A DNA stretch of 64,000 nt from Candidatus Latescibacterota bacterium (lineage in GTDB: Bacteria > Latescibacterota > CBDEFO01). The translations under genes were made by a program, and so were the position numbers. Every line of letters begins with the position of its first letter. Positions within the stretch are counted from its first letter, which is position 1. The stretch covers positions 640,001 through 704,000 of the forward strand of contig OZ252149.1 in the NCBI GenBank assembly GCA_965248755.1. The letters are read 5' to 3'. Shown piece after piece: positions 1 to 9,936 of the stretch. The notes beneath the pieces were generated by a model. It worked only from the letters and a program-made list of their open reading frames with translations. It was not told the origin of the DNA and searched no databases.

Positions 1-805
1 TCGTACCATCAAGGTGATTTCCGGCGCTGTCGGCCTCAGAGGAAAAGAACGCCCAGGTCTCTCCGCCATCTGTGCTCTTTGACATACCCGAAGACGTACC
101 CACCCAGACCGTATCGCTGTAGGCTAAAACGGAAAATGTCCTATGTTTATTACCCTCAAATGACCCGGAATAGTCTATCTTATCTCTGGAATCCGGCAGG
201 ACGCGCTCCCAGGTCTCCCCCCTGTCCTTAGACCTGACCAGAGAACCCGCAAAGAACGCCGCCCAGACCACTTCGTGGCTTGTTTCCGACTCCCCGTCCG
301 CCCTACCCACATCCGCGTCAATAGCCACTCCAAATGCCCCATTTTGAACATTCGTTCGAGGGCCGTCCTCAAATCCCCCAAATATCTTGTTGTTGTCAAA
401 ATGCTCCCACGTCGCGCCGCCGTCGAAAGACGCGCTCAACCCATCTCCCACTTGCAAGGAACCGTTCTCTGTGGTAGTATCAAATACTGTTGCTATCCAG
501 ATCACATCCCCGGCCGCATCTAAAGCGCTGATCGAACCTTTGCCTATCCCCTGATCCGATCCGTAGCTTATCCAGTCCAGAGATCCTTCGCCTGACCCTA
601 AAAGCTTGCTCAATCCCGAGTCCGTTCCCACCCACAGATCTTTTCCACTCCATTTGATGTCCCCTATGTCGTTTCCCGCCAATCCCTTCTTAGGCTCCGA
701 TGGAGTATCCTGATTATACCTTTCTGGAAGAACTGCAAAGGCGCGAGCACAAAAGCATATCGTTACAAGCGAGGCGAGGTGGAATGCAGATTTTAAAGAG
801 GACAT
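1..805 (-). CDS. Secreted beta-propeller protein with Asp-box (BNR) repeats, partial (runs off the left edge)
   Basis: Manual translation from ATG at 805: MSSLKSAFHLASLVTICFCARAFA signal peptide, then LWVGTDSGLS / VWVGTSSGMS blades and Asp-boxes SFDGGATW, SKDRGETW, STDGGETW. No stop before position 1; GGAG upstream. Missing from the ORF track. Confidence 0.85.
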   Translation of the reverse strand, partial: MSSLKSAFHLASLVTICFCARAFAVLPERYNQDTPSEPKKGLAGNDIGDIKWSGKDLWVGTDSGLSKLLGSGEGSLDWISYGSDQGIGKGSISALDAAGDVIWIATVFDTTTENGSLQVGDGLSASFDGGATWEHFDNNKIFGGFEDGPRTNVQNGAFGVAIDADVGRADGESETSHEVVWAAFFAGSLVRSKDRGETWERVLPDSRDKIDYSGSFEGNKHRTFSVLAYSDTVWVGTSSGMSKSTDGGETWAFFSSEADSAGNHLDGT

Positions 806-903
806 ATATTTTTGTTTCTTCTCCGGCGGTTCGGGGCATATCGAAGAACCTTTTGCGGACAAAGTTACAAGTTGAACACCGACCCTTGGGGGACGCAACC
901 CAA

Positions 904-933
904 AATATAACCTTCAAGTATCGAGTATGTCAA
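904..933 (-). promoter_or_regulatory. Putative sigma70 promoter for the propeller gene
   Basis: TTGACA-N18-TATATT on the minus strand. Confidence 0.5.
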
Positions 934-1106
934 GTTATTTTTCCTCTGTCCTTGTCTTCCTCTACGAAGTGGGCTTCCTACTTTTTGAACGCTTCTCCGC
1001 AGGGACTTGCCTCAAATATCTTGGTACTTGCTTTTAGCGCAAACAGCTATTATATTCCATTAACGTAGCACCTTTACAGACATTCTTTTCCTGCGGGGAT
1101 TTTCCA

Positions 1107-1814
1107 ATGCACAATGTGGCCCATAAGATATTTGACCCATCTTTATCCCCGGGCGATCATGCATCGGTAAGCCCGACCCTGATGGAACTGATAAGGGACG
1201 TAAGCACCAAAGAGATGATGACCGTAGACGTAGGATGCGGAATGGGCGGACTGACGTTCGAAACGGCAAACTACTTGAGGCATGTCGTCGGGATAGATAT
1301 ATCCGCCGAACCGATAGAGTCCGCAAAGAAAATCACATCCGATCGGGGAATTTGCAACGTAAGTTTCACAGTAGCAGACGCTGAGACGATAGATTACAAA
1401 GACGTAGTGGAGGGCAGGAAAGTCGATATGGTCATCGCCAATTTGTGTATGTCGGACGATATTATCAAAAAAGCGTACGAAGCTCTGGATAGAGGACGTT
1501 ATCTGATCTTTGCAGCTCTGGAACTTGAGCAGTGGAAGGAGACGGGTCGTCCATCGCGGTTTGCGTACAGTAAGGAGGGGATAAAGAGCATATTAGAGAG
1601 CAGGGGCTTCGACACAGAGCATATAAGTATCGAAAGAGAGATCATAGATTTCAAGCGCAGAGAAGATATAGATGTATATTTTGAAGGGAGCACGCTGAAG
1701 AAAAGGTGGCAAAAAGACGGCAGGTGGGATGGTCTTTTGCAATATCTGAATGCGGGAGGACTAAAATTTACGACAAAGAGCCGACTGATTGTGAAAGGCA
1801 GAAAAGTAAGCTGA
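1107..1814 (+). CDS. Class I SAM-dependent methyltransferase
   Basis: Motif I VDVGCGMG, followed by VVGIDIS and VADAE. Confidence 0.85.
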   Translation: MHNVAHKIFDPSLSPGDHASVSPTLMELIRDVSTKEMMTVDVGCGMGGLTFETANYLRHVVGIDISAEPIESAKKITSDRGICNVSFTVADAETIDYKDVVEGRKVDMVIANLCMSDDIIKKAYEALDRGRYLIFAALELEQWKETGRPSRFAYSKEGIKSILESRGFDTEHISIEREIIDFKRREDIDVYFEGSTLKKRWQKDGRWDGLLQYLNAGGLKFTTKSRLIVKGRKVS

Positions 1815-1832
1815 GAAGGAGGCATTAAGAAG

Positions 1833-3290
1833 ATGTCAGAGACAATCAAGATCAAAAAAATCGGCGAGTGCGTCTGGGAGATCCCCAAGACCGGCGGGAT
1901 GAGGGTCCCCGGCAGGATCTACGCCAGCGATGAACTGATGGAGGGCATAAGACTCGACAAGAGCCTGGAGCAAGTTGCAAACGTGGCGCATCTTCCGGGG
2001 ATAGTGAAGTATTCTATAGCTATGCCGGATATTCACTGGGGATATGGCTTCCCGATCGGGGGAGTAGCGGCAACCGATCCACAGGAGGAAGGCGTTATAT
2101 CGCCCGGAGGTATAGGCTTTGACATTAACTGCGGAGTGCGTTTGGCGGCGACCCACCTCCAATACAAGGACGTTCAGAACAAAATTAAAAAATTGGTGGA
2201 TGTCCTGTTCGACACCGTACCCTGCGGAGTGGGCTCTGAAGGAGCTATACCCAAGCTTTCGAAGAACGAGGAGAAAAAGGCGTTAATCGGTGGAGCCGGA
2301 TGGGTTGTAAAGGAGAGAGATCTGGGATTTGAAAGCGACCTTGTGAACACGGAGGCAAACGGCCGGCTAGACGGGGCAGACCCCGACAGGGTGACAGAGA
2401 CCGCCCTTTCTAGGGGCGCAAAACAGATGGGAACTTTGGGCTCTGGAAATCACTTCTTGGAGATTGGGGTTGTGGACCACGTCTTCGACGATAAGGCAGC
2501 GGACACTTTGGGTCTGAAAGAAGGATGCTTGACCGTCTTCATCCATTCAGGCTCAAGGGGCTTCGGATATCAGACGTGCGACGACTATTTAAGGACGATG
2601 GAACGAGCAGCGCGTAAATACAACATTCAACTCCCCGACAGACAGCTTGCTTGCGCTCCCATAAATTCTGAGGAGGGACAGGCATATTTAGGCGCTATGA
2701 GATGCGCCGCCAACTATGCCTGGGCGAACAGACAGACCATGATGCACCTTGCCCGCGGGGTGCTAAAAGACGTCTTCGAGTTAAGCTGGGGCGACTTGGG
2801 CTTCAAGCTGGTTTACGACGTGGCCCACAACATAGCCAAGTTCGAAGAACACGACATAGGAGGAGGTGTAAGAAAGACCGTCTGCGTCCACAGAAAAGGA
2901 GCCACAAGGGCGTTCCCGCCGGGTCACGATGAGACTCCCAAATCCTATATGCACATCGGTCAGCCGGTGTTGATCCCCGGGGATATGGGGACTTACTCCT
3001 ACGTGTGCATAGGGGCGCATACTTCCATGGATGAGACCTTCGGGAGTTCGGCTCACGGCGCAGGACGAGTCCTAAGCAGGACCAAAGCCAAGAAGATAAG
3101 CAAGGGAAGGTCTATCAAAAGAGAGCTTGAGGACAAGGGGATAACCGTAAGGTCCAAGGGCAGATCAACATTAGATGAGGAGATGCCTGAGGCGTATAAG
3201 GACGTTGAGGCTGTGGCTGACGTTATGCATAAAGCGGGCGTCTCGCTGAAGGTGGCAAGGCTCAGGCCGGTGGGCGTGGTGAAGGGATAG
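1833..3290 (+). CDS. rtcB: RNA ligase RtcB
   Basis: MPDIHWGYGFPIG, GFDINCGVR, GTLGSGNHFLE, HRKGAT and SAHGAGR motifs. Confidence 0.97.
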   Translation: MSETIKIKKIGECVWEIPKTGGMRVPGRIYASDELMEGIRLDKSLEQVANVAHLPGIVKYSIAMPDIHWGYGFPIGGVAATDPQEEGVISPGGIGFDINCGVRLAATHLQYKDVQNKIKKLVDVLFDTVPCGVGSEGAIPKLSKNEEKKALIGGAGWVVKERDLGFESDLVNTEANGRLDGADPDRVTETALSRGAKQMGTLGSGNHFLEIGVVDHVFDDKAADTLGLKEGCLTVFIHSGSRGFGYQTCDDYLRTMERAARKYNIQLPDRQLACAPINSEEGQAYLGAMRCAANYAWANRQTMMHLARGVLKDVFELSWGDLGFKLVYDVAHNIAKFEEHDIGGGVRKTVCVHRKGATRAFPPGHDETPKSYMHIGQPVLIPGDMGTYSYVCIGAHTSMDETFGSSAHGAGRVLSRTKAKKISKGRSIKRELEDKGITVRSKGRSTLDEEMPEAYKDVEAVADVMHKAGVSLKVARLRPVGVVKG

Positions 3291-3299
3291 GTTAAGGCA

Positions 3300-3495
3300 G
3301 TAGACGGTAAACAGCAGACAGTAGACAGGACGCTGTCTACCAGCCTTTGAGATTGCTTCGTCAGACAGAAATGTCTGACCCACCTTTCTATATATGTTGG
3401 TAGAACGGACATTCTTGTCTGTTCTGAATGTCCGAAGTCCTCGCAGTGTCATTGCGAGCGCCCCCGATTGAATCTATCGGGGGAAAAGCAATCTC
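3300..3495. repeat. Mosaic of intergenic repeats (TAGACAG heptamers, GTGG/GTAG-flanked hairpins, CCCCCGAT hairpin)
   Basis: 3349-3384 is a near reverse complement of 21830-21864; 3448-3495 is a near reverse complement of 24289-24334. Confidence 0.8.
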
Positions 3496-3539
3496 ACTTG
3501 TGCATTTGTTTAACTTGTTCATAAAAGGTGTCCTTAACA

Positions 3540-4149
3540 GTGATATTGCTAAAGGAACCTATATCTGCGCGAAGTGTATATATAGCAGGCATAATCCTAT
3601 CTTTATTACTTGTTAGGATGCTCTAAGGAAAGCCAAGCAGTTGTCTTCACGGGAGTTGATACCCTGCAAGTAACTCAGGGCTTTGATTTCACTAAGCCGT
3701 CTGTTCTAAGGGCGGATGGAGCTCGAGACTTCTCACTTGAGCAAATTGAGGACGTTGCGGGATACGTATTGATGAGGATCTGTACACACGCAAGGGGATC
3801 CGGGACATGGGTCTTGTATCGTTCGACAGCTTGGTTACAATTCCGGAGGACCTCAAACCGGATTCCAGCACTGCTATATACGATCGTCGGACGGAAGAGT
3901 TTCTTAGCTGGGACGTTCTTCCTTATCGTGGGAATTCTGTATATGATATGGACTCGGGAGGGCCATTTTGCTAAGATATTGGTTGAGGATATAATCCCTA
4001 TAAGAGAAGGAGTGTGGGAGGATTTTATCAGCCGTATTATCTTCCGATGGGCTTACCAAGCTGATGGATCACGATCTTTCAGCACGGGTAGTGCCGTCAG
4101 TAAAAGCTCGTGGGGTCTTTTGAAATTCTTAATCAAGGCAGGGATATGA
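3540..4149 (+). pseudogene. Probable frameshifted lipoprotein gene with C-terminal SWGxxK tail
   Basis: Signal-peptide-like start (GTG 3540, ...IAGIILSLL) is out of frame with LGCSKES. Protein-like segments alternate frames (GIRDMGLVSFDSL near 3795 vs YMIWTREGHFAK near 3940). Ends SAVSKSSWGLLK. Confidence 0.5.
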
Positions 4150-5256
4150 AATCGTATTTTATATACACAGACAAGTACTCAAGCTACGACTACGGCCCTA
4201 CTCACCCGATGAAGCCCATAAGGCTGAAGCTGACGCACGATCTGATTCGAGCTTATGGTCTTTTTGATATTCCTACGGGAAAACTGGTAGAGGCAGAAAA
4301 GGCTGATGAGGACGATATCCTGTCTTTCCACACGAAAGAATATATAGATATTTTGAAGAGATCAAATCAGGGAAGCTACTTTAGCGACGCAACAAGATAC
4401 GGTTTAGGACCGGGAGATAACCCGATATTTGAGGGTATGTACGACTTTTCGCTACTATCGGCGGGAGCGTCACTCCAGGCGGCAAAGGCCGTGGCATCGG
4501 GAGAGGCCGATGCAGCCTTCAACATCGCAGGCGGACTGCACCACGCATCTGCTAACAGAAGCTCTGGGTTTTGCTATATAGACGATCCGGTTGTGGCTAT
4601 ACATTATCTGTTGAAAAAGGGTCTGAAAGTCGCATACATAGACATCGACGCCCATCACGGCGACGGCGTCCAATATGCGTTCTACAATACCGATCGAGTA
4701 CTTACGATCTCCATACATGAAAGCGGGAGAAATTTCTTTCCGGGCACAGGTTTTGAAGATGAAATTGGCGTTGGAGATGGCCTTGGCTATTGTGTAAACG
4801 TACCCCTTACTCCCGAGAGCGACGATGAGGTCTTTCTGTGGGCGTTCGAGGAGGTGGTTCCCACTTTGATCGAAGCTTATGAACCAGATGTAGTCGTCTC
4901 CCAATTGGGCGTGGATACTATGAGGACCGACCCCTTAGCGCATCTGAATCTTACCACAAATGGCTTTGCAGAGATGGTGGAGAGAATCAAGCGACTATCG
5001 CCTAAATGGATCGCCCTGGGAGGAGGAGGCTACAACGTCGCCAACGTGCCGAGATGCTGGACGTTGGCGTGGTCCATTATGAACGAGGTCATCCCGGAGG
5101 ACGATCTTCCGGGTCGGTACAGAAAGATAGCGGGGAAGTACGGATATGAGGACAAGAAGCTGAGAGACGAGCCTTTTAATATAGATAATGGGAGGGCTAT
5201 GGCTGAAGCCGAAAAAGTCGTGAGATTCTTGAAATATAATGTCTTCTCCATAATAG

Positions 5257-5264
<8 letters not shown>
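4146..5264 (+). CDS. acuC: Acetoin utilization protein AcuC / HDAC-like lysine deacetylase
   Basis: HPMKP, GGLHHA, SGFCY, DIDAHHGDGV, FFPGTG and GGGGY motifs; likely start ATG 4146. Confidence 0.93.
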
Positions 5265-6201
<937 letters not shown>

Positions 6202-6443
6202 GATGAATTGAAGCGTGTCAAAGAAGGGGACACGTCCGCGTCGCTGGGACTGGGTGGCAACAAACCACGAAGTGGTCTGACACACAACACACAGGTTGAC
6301 CCTTACATAGTAGTCAGGGAACAGATAAAACAGTCGGAAACCGTAGGGCCAGACCCAAGTGTCTGCGCTGAGAATACGGATAAATCGGATGAAAACACAA
6401 GCTCGTCCACACCTGTTTTCGCATAGAAAGGGGGAATGCAACC

Positions 6444-6773
6444 ATGGAGATCCAGAGCGTCCAAGCGCTAAGGAAGTTCTCCGATGAGAAGTTCCAGAAG
6501 ATAAACCTCTTTGAGAGTGAGAGGATGTTCTGCGACATTTACTGCTTCGAACCCGGCCAGGAGCAGCCGCTCCACGGCCACGAAGGATGCGATAAGATAT
6601 ATTACGTTATCGAAGGCAGTGGCACGTTTACCGTAGGAGATGAGAAGAAGAAGCTGGGTCCCCAAATGGCGGTGCTATGCCCTCCGGGCGTAGATCACGG
6701 TGTGCTGAACACAGGGGAAGGGAGGATGGTTCTCCTCGTCTTTATGGCACCTCATCCCTCGACGATAGGCTGA
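6444..6773 (+). CDS. Cupin domain protein
   Basis: PGQEQPLHGH ... YYVIEGSG ... PPGVDHGV cupin motifs. Confidence 0.9.
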   Translation: MEIQSVQALRKFSDEKFQKINLFESERMFCDIYCFEPGQEQPLHGHEGCDKIYYVIEGSGTFTVGDEKKKLGPQMAVLCPPGVDHGVLNTGEGRMVLLVFMAPHPSTIG

Positions 6774-6786
6774 CTTGAACCTACTC

Positions 6787-7644
6787 TTACTTTAAAGAAC
6801 CGCTCATAGAAAAGTGATGAGAAAGACCTAGAACGGGGTGAGTGTGAAACGAATAATCTATCTTTATCCTCTTGACGTTGAATCCGGCTCCCAAAGAAAA
6901 ACGAGATGGCTCCCCTCCTGTCACACCTGTCCTGATGAAAAAGACATCTGATACCTTATGCTCGCTCCCTGCCCTTATCTGAAAGGGGAAATCCGCATCC
7001 TTCCTGCCATCTACCGATAGCACAAGTCCTGGCATCGGCTCTAAACTCAACCCGGTGGAGAAGGACCTTGGAACGCTTTGTCCATTTTGAACTATCTTTG
7101 CCGTATTCACATTCCATAAAGAGGCCCCCCATCTTACGTTCTCAGAGATATAAAGAACTGTCCCGAGGTCGAACGCAGCGGTCCACGTTGAACCAAAACC
7201 TTCGAGGGATAGATTAAGTCCCCTCAAGTTGAAGCCGAAAGACAGAAACTGAAAAGGGGCGTTGCTGTAGGAAAACATCAAAGAAGTTTCTCTGTAGAGG
7301 GTCAGCCCATAGACCATCGCTCCCAAACCTATGTTTCCCACAGAAGTCGGAAGCAAGAGCGCCAATGTCGAAGTTGATAAGTCCCCTAATCCGAAGGGAC
7401 GACTGTAGGAACTGAACCAGGAAGCTTGGGACTTCCAGAGACCTGCTGGGTTCCAGAAGAGGGTCTCAGCACCTCCTGAAAGGGATACGTACGCGCCGCC
7501 CATAGCAAGTGGACGGGAACCTACACCTCTCCACTCGAATGCCGCCTCTCCTACAAGTGGTTGGAGGGTACAGAATCCCGCAAGGGATAGGACAAGGAGT
7601 ATTTTTTCCCTGACAGAGCTAACAAGAAATCTCTTGCCAAGCAT
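6787..7644 (-). CDS. PorV/UPF0164-like outer membrane beta-barrel protein
   Basis: Signal peptide, GSRPLAMGGAY, LFWNPAGL, alternating beta-strands, C-terminal DYSF..HPVLGLSHHFS. Confidence 0.8.
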   Translation of the reverse strand: MLGKRFLVSSVREKILLVLSLAGFCTLQPLVGEAAFEWRGVGSRPLAMGGAYVSLSGGAETLFWNPAGLWKSQASWFSSYSRPFGLGDLSTSTLALLLPTSVGNIGLGAMVYGLTLYRETSLMFSYSNAPFQFLSFGFNLRGLNLSLEGFGSTWTAAFDLGTVLYISENVRWGASLWNVNTAKIVQNGQSVPRSFSTGLSLEPMPGLVLSVDGRKDADFPFQIRAGSEHKVSDVFFIRTGVTGGEPSRFSLGAGFNVKRIKIDYSFHTHPVLGLSHHFSMSGSLK

Positions 7645-7703
7645 TTGGCTTTGTGTTATCCTTCAAAGTCCCAAGTCCCATCAAAATAATGGAGTTTCGA
7701 TCT

Positions 7704-7952
7704 ATGAACCACGCCTCCGATAAGAGCAGAAGAAGCAGAATCCTTGCTGAAGATATATTTGTCATTCTCTGTATAGCGGCACTATGGCCCAGAATACTCG
7801 GCTGGGAAGGTGTACATTTTGCCATAATAATGTATGTAGCTGTGATAGGACTCATAGTTATCCTCTATAGGAGAATAAGACGTATCGGGCAAGTTACAGA
7901 CGAAAGGAGAAAAGATGACGATACCACTCCAAATAAGATGCATTTGGAGTGA
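7704..7952 (+). CDS. Small two-TM membrane protein
   Basis: GGAG RBS at 7691, two hydrophobic segments followed by a basic stretch. Confidence 0.55.
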   Translation: MNHASDKSRRSRILAEDIFVILCIAALWPRILGWEGVHFAIIMYVAVIGLIVILYRRIRRIGQVTDERRKDDDTTPNKMHLE

Positions 7953-8027
7953 AGGTATACCCTCATTCTAATTGTATTCGGGATCTACCCTGTCTCCCGG
8001 AAGAGCACACAGGTTCGTCCACAATGT

Positions 8028-8651
8028 CTACTTATTTTCAGGGATGGGAGGAGGCTCCTGTCTACTCTTTGCTTGTTTTCCTGCCTGCCTGTGCTGTTTC
8101 ACCTGAGGAGAGATGCGAGGCGATGGGAGTTCAACTTTGAAGTTCCACCCGATCCAATACGGTTGACCAAGGTATATAGAATAGTAATAGCTATGCTTCA
8201 AGCTTCCCTCCATTGTGAGGGAGAACTTATTCTGAGGAAAGAACCTGGCTGCAAAAGACGGCAGAAGTTTCTGGTGCAGATCACTTATGGGGGCAATTGC
8301 CGCCCCTATCTGCTCTTCAGCATCTTCCTGCACCCCAGCGGGCGGAACCTCCAAAAGATTAAGCCTGTTCAAAATGGGTTGGAAACTACTTCCGACTAAA
8401 GGAGCATCCTTTCCGACCAGAAACAAGATAAAAACGGGCCTCTCCTGCCTTATCGTGAGCGGATATTGTTCCCTGATCCAGCGCGATATTCCGAAAGAAG
8501 ATTTCTTGAACCTTGAAAAATCGACAGTCCTCAACTTGAAAATAGTACCGTCCTGTGTATAGTAATAGAGTCCCCACTCCTCGGGAGTAGGATACCTGCT
8601 GCACGATGCAACGAGGATCAAGGCTCCAAACAGGGCCACAAGTGTCTTCAA
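8028..8651 (-). CDS. Hypothetical lipoprotein
   Basis: Lipobox-like LILVAS-C after a TTG start near 8651; open frame to 8028. Confidence 0.6.
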   Translation of the reverse strand: MKTLVALFGALILVASCSRYPTPEEWGLYYYTQDGTIFKLRTVDFSRFKKSSFGISRWIREQYPLTIRQERPVFILFLVGKDAPLVGSSFQPILNRLNLLEVPPAGVQEDAEEQIGAAIAPISDLHQKLLPSFAARFFPQNKFSLTMEGSLKHSYYYSIYLGQPYWIGWNFKVELPSPRISPQVKQHRQAGKQAKSRQEPPPIPENK

Positions 8652-8780
8652 GACGATTCCCCCACAGTGGAAATGCCGCACGATATGCTCTAAATCGTCC
8701 GATCCAACATAACAGCAAACACCGCCGGTGTCAAGAAAAATGAAAACAAGGCCTGAAAAGAGCACCCTATCTGGAAAGCA

Positions 8781-9095
8781 CAAAAAAGATCCGCTCCCCT
8801 CAGTCACCGTAGTGACCTTTTTCCAGCACGGTTCCTACTAAGAGCGGATCGCGCGTGGCCTTCACTCCTTAACGAGAAAGGAAGTTTAGGCTTAGGATCA
8901 CCTGTGGATCCTGTTTGCTGGGATGTGGGGAAGTGTTTTCCCTAAAATGAGGAATGAATTCCCGATTTTCAAGCGCTCAGCGGCTTCTTTAACGTCGTGC
9001 CCGCGGAAGAACGCATAATTAGGAAAATAGGTATTTATAGTATTTAGCGAGGTCCTCGTCAATTTCTTTTATCCATATCTTGCTGGTGCATCTAC
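8781..9095 (-). ncRNA. Candidate structured non-coding RNA or long leader
   Basis: Two upstream promoters, several hairpins, closing GATCCGCTC/GAGCGGATC stem followed by T6; no substantial ORF found. Confidence 0.35.
9034..9062 (-). promoter_or_regulatory. Putative sigma70 promoter
   Basis: TTGACG-N17-TATAAA on the minus strand. Confidence 0.55.
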
Positions 9096-9105
9096 ACAGC
9101 TAACG

Positions 9106-9122
9106 AGCAAATACTGTGCCAA
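9106..9122 (-). promoter_or_regulatory. Putative sigma54 (-24/-12) promoter
   Basis: TTGGCACAGTATTTGCT matches TGGCAC-N5-TTGC. Confidence 0.6.
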
Positions 9123-9242
9123 AAAGATCCGACAACGGCAGATGACTGTGAACGCCGTATCCTGAATCAAGGGTAGAACATTTGCTTAAAAGACCTACAC
9201 GACATCTCACAACGGAGTTTTGTTGACATCCCAGAATAGACC

Positions 9243-9271
9243 TTGACAAGATAGACGAACTTTTATATAAT
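9243..9271 (+). promoter_or_regulatory. Consensus sigma70 promoter
   Basis: Perfect TTGACA-N17-TATAAT. Confidence 0.8.
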
Positions 9272-9387
9272 TAATTAGAAAGCTTCATGAAGTTTGGTGG
9301 GCTTGGACGGGACAAGGGTGCAGTCAGAATCTTGCGGTGTCTCTGTTTTTGACAATAGATAGGATAATCTCTTGTCCTTGTAGTCTC

Positions 9388-9403
9388 ACGTTTACGTAAA
9401 CGT
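9388..9403. promoter_or_regulatory. Perfect 16-bp palindrome, candidate operator
   Basis: ACGTTTACGTAAACGT. Confidence 0.5.
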
Positions 9404-9603
9404 TTATGTCCACGGAACAAATCTGTTACTAAGTCGTCTTATAATACTGGTAGTAATGTGAAATCTTGGTAACTATTGAAACACGTGAAATCTCAACGTT
9501 GCTATTGAATTTGTACCATTAATTTGTAGTGTTAATTTGCTGGGGTTACTTAACTTTCCGGTCTGAACGGGAGTTATCCTGTCCAACAGTGGAGATTCAG
9601 AAG

Positions 9604-9936
9604 ATGATAGTTGAAGTCAAACTTTTTGCATATTTGGACAAATATCTGCCCCCTGAAGCAGATGGGAGGAAGGCTACAGTCGAGCTTTCGGACTCTGCTG
9701 TTCTGAAAGACCTAATCAGCAAGTTGAAAATTCCCGAAAACCTCGCCCATCTTACCCTCGTCAACGGCAAGAGTTCGGACCATGACACGGCTTTACAGGA
9801 CGGATGTCTCGTCAGCATGTTCCCTCCGGTAGCCGGAGGAGCAAGACGCAAGGGGATATCGAAGGACTTTCTGGGGACAAACCGGACAACGTCTCGCAAA
9901 AGTTATGACCACAATTGGGAGATGAGAATAGTATGA
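9604..9936 (+). CDS. MoaD/ThiS-family beta-grasp protein with 31-aa extension after GG
   Basis: MIVEVKLFAYL ... LVNG ... FPPVAGG, then ARRKG...RIV; GGAG RBS before ATG 9604. Confidence 0.85.
   Translation: MIVEVKLFAYLDKYLPPEADGRKATVELSDSAVLKDLISKLKIPENLAHLTLVNGKSSDHDTALQDGCLVSMFPPVAGGARRKGISKDFLGTNRTTSRKSYDHNWEMRIV

Noticed and set aside
175..1068. ORFs 175-399, 275-523, 700-1068 and 714-917
   Set aside because: Shadow frames of the minus-strand propeller gene and the divergent promoter region
1107..1814. Hen1 RNA methyltransferase
   Set aside because: No ExxEH metal-binding motif and no Pnkp partner
6208..6426. 72-aa ORF
   Set aside because: Overlaps REP-like hairpins, weak start, no recognisable motifs
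8781..9095. Known housekeeping RNA (SRP, RNase P, tmRNA, tRNA)
   Set aside because: Signature motifs not found; kept only as an unassigned ncRNA candidate
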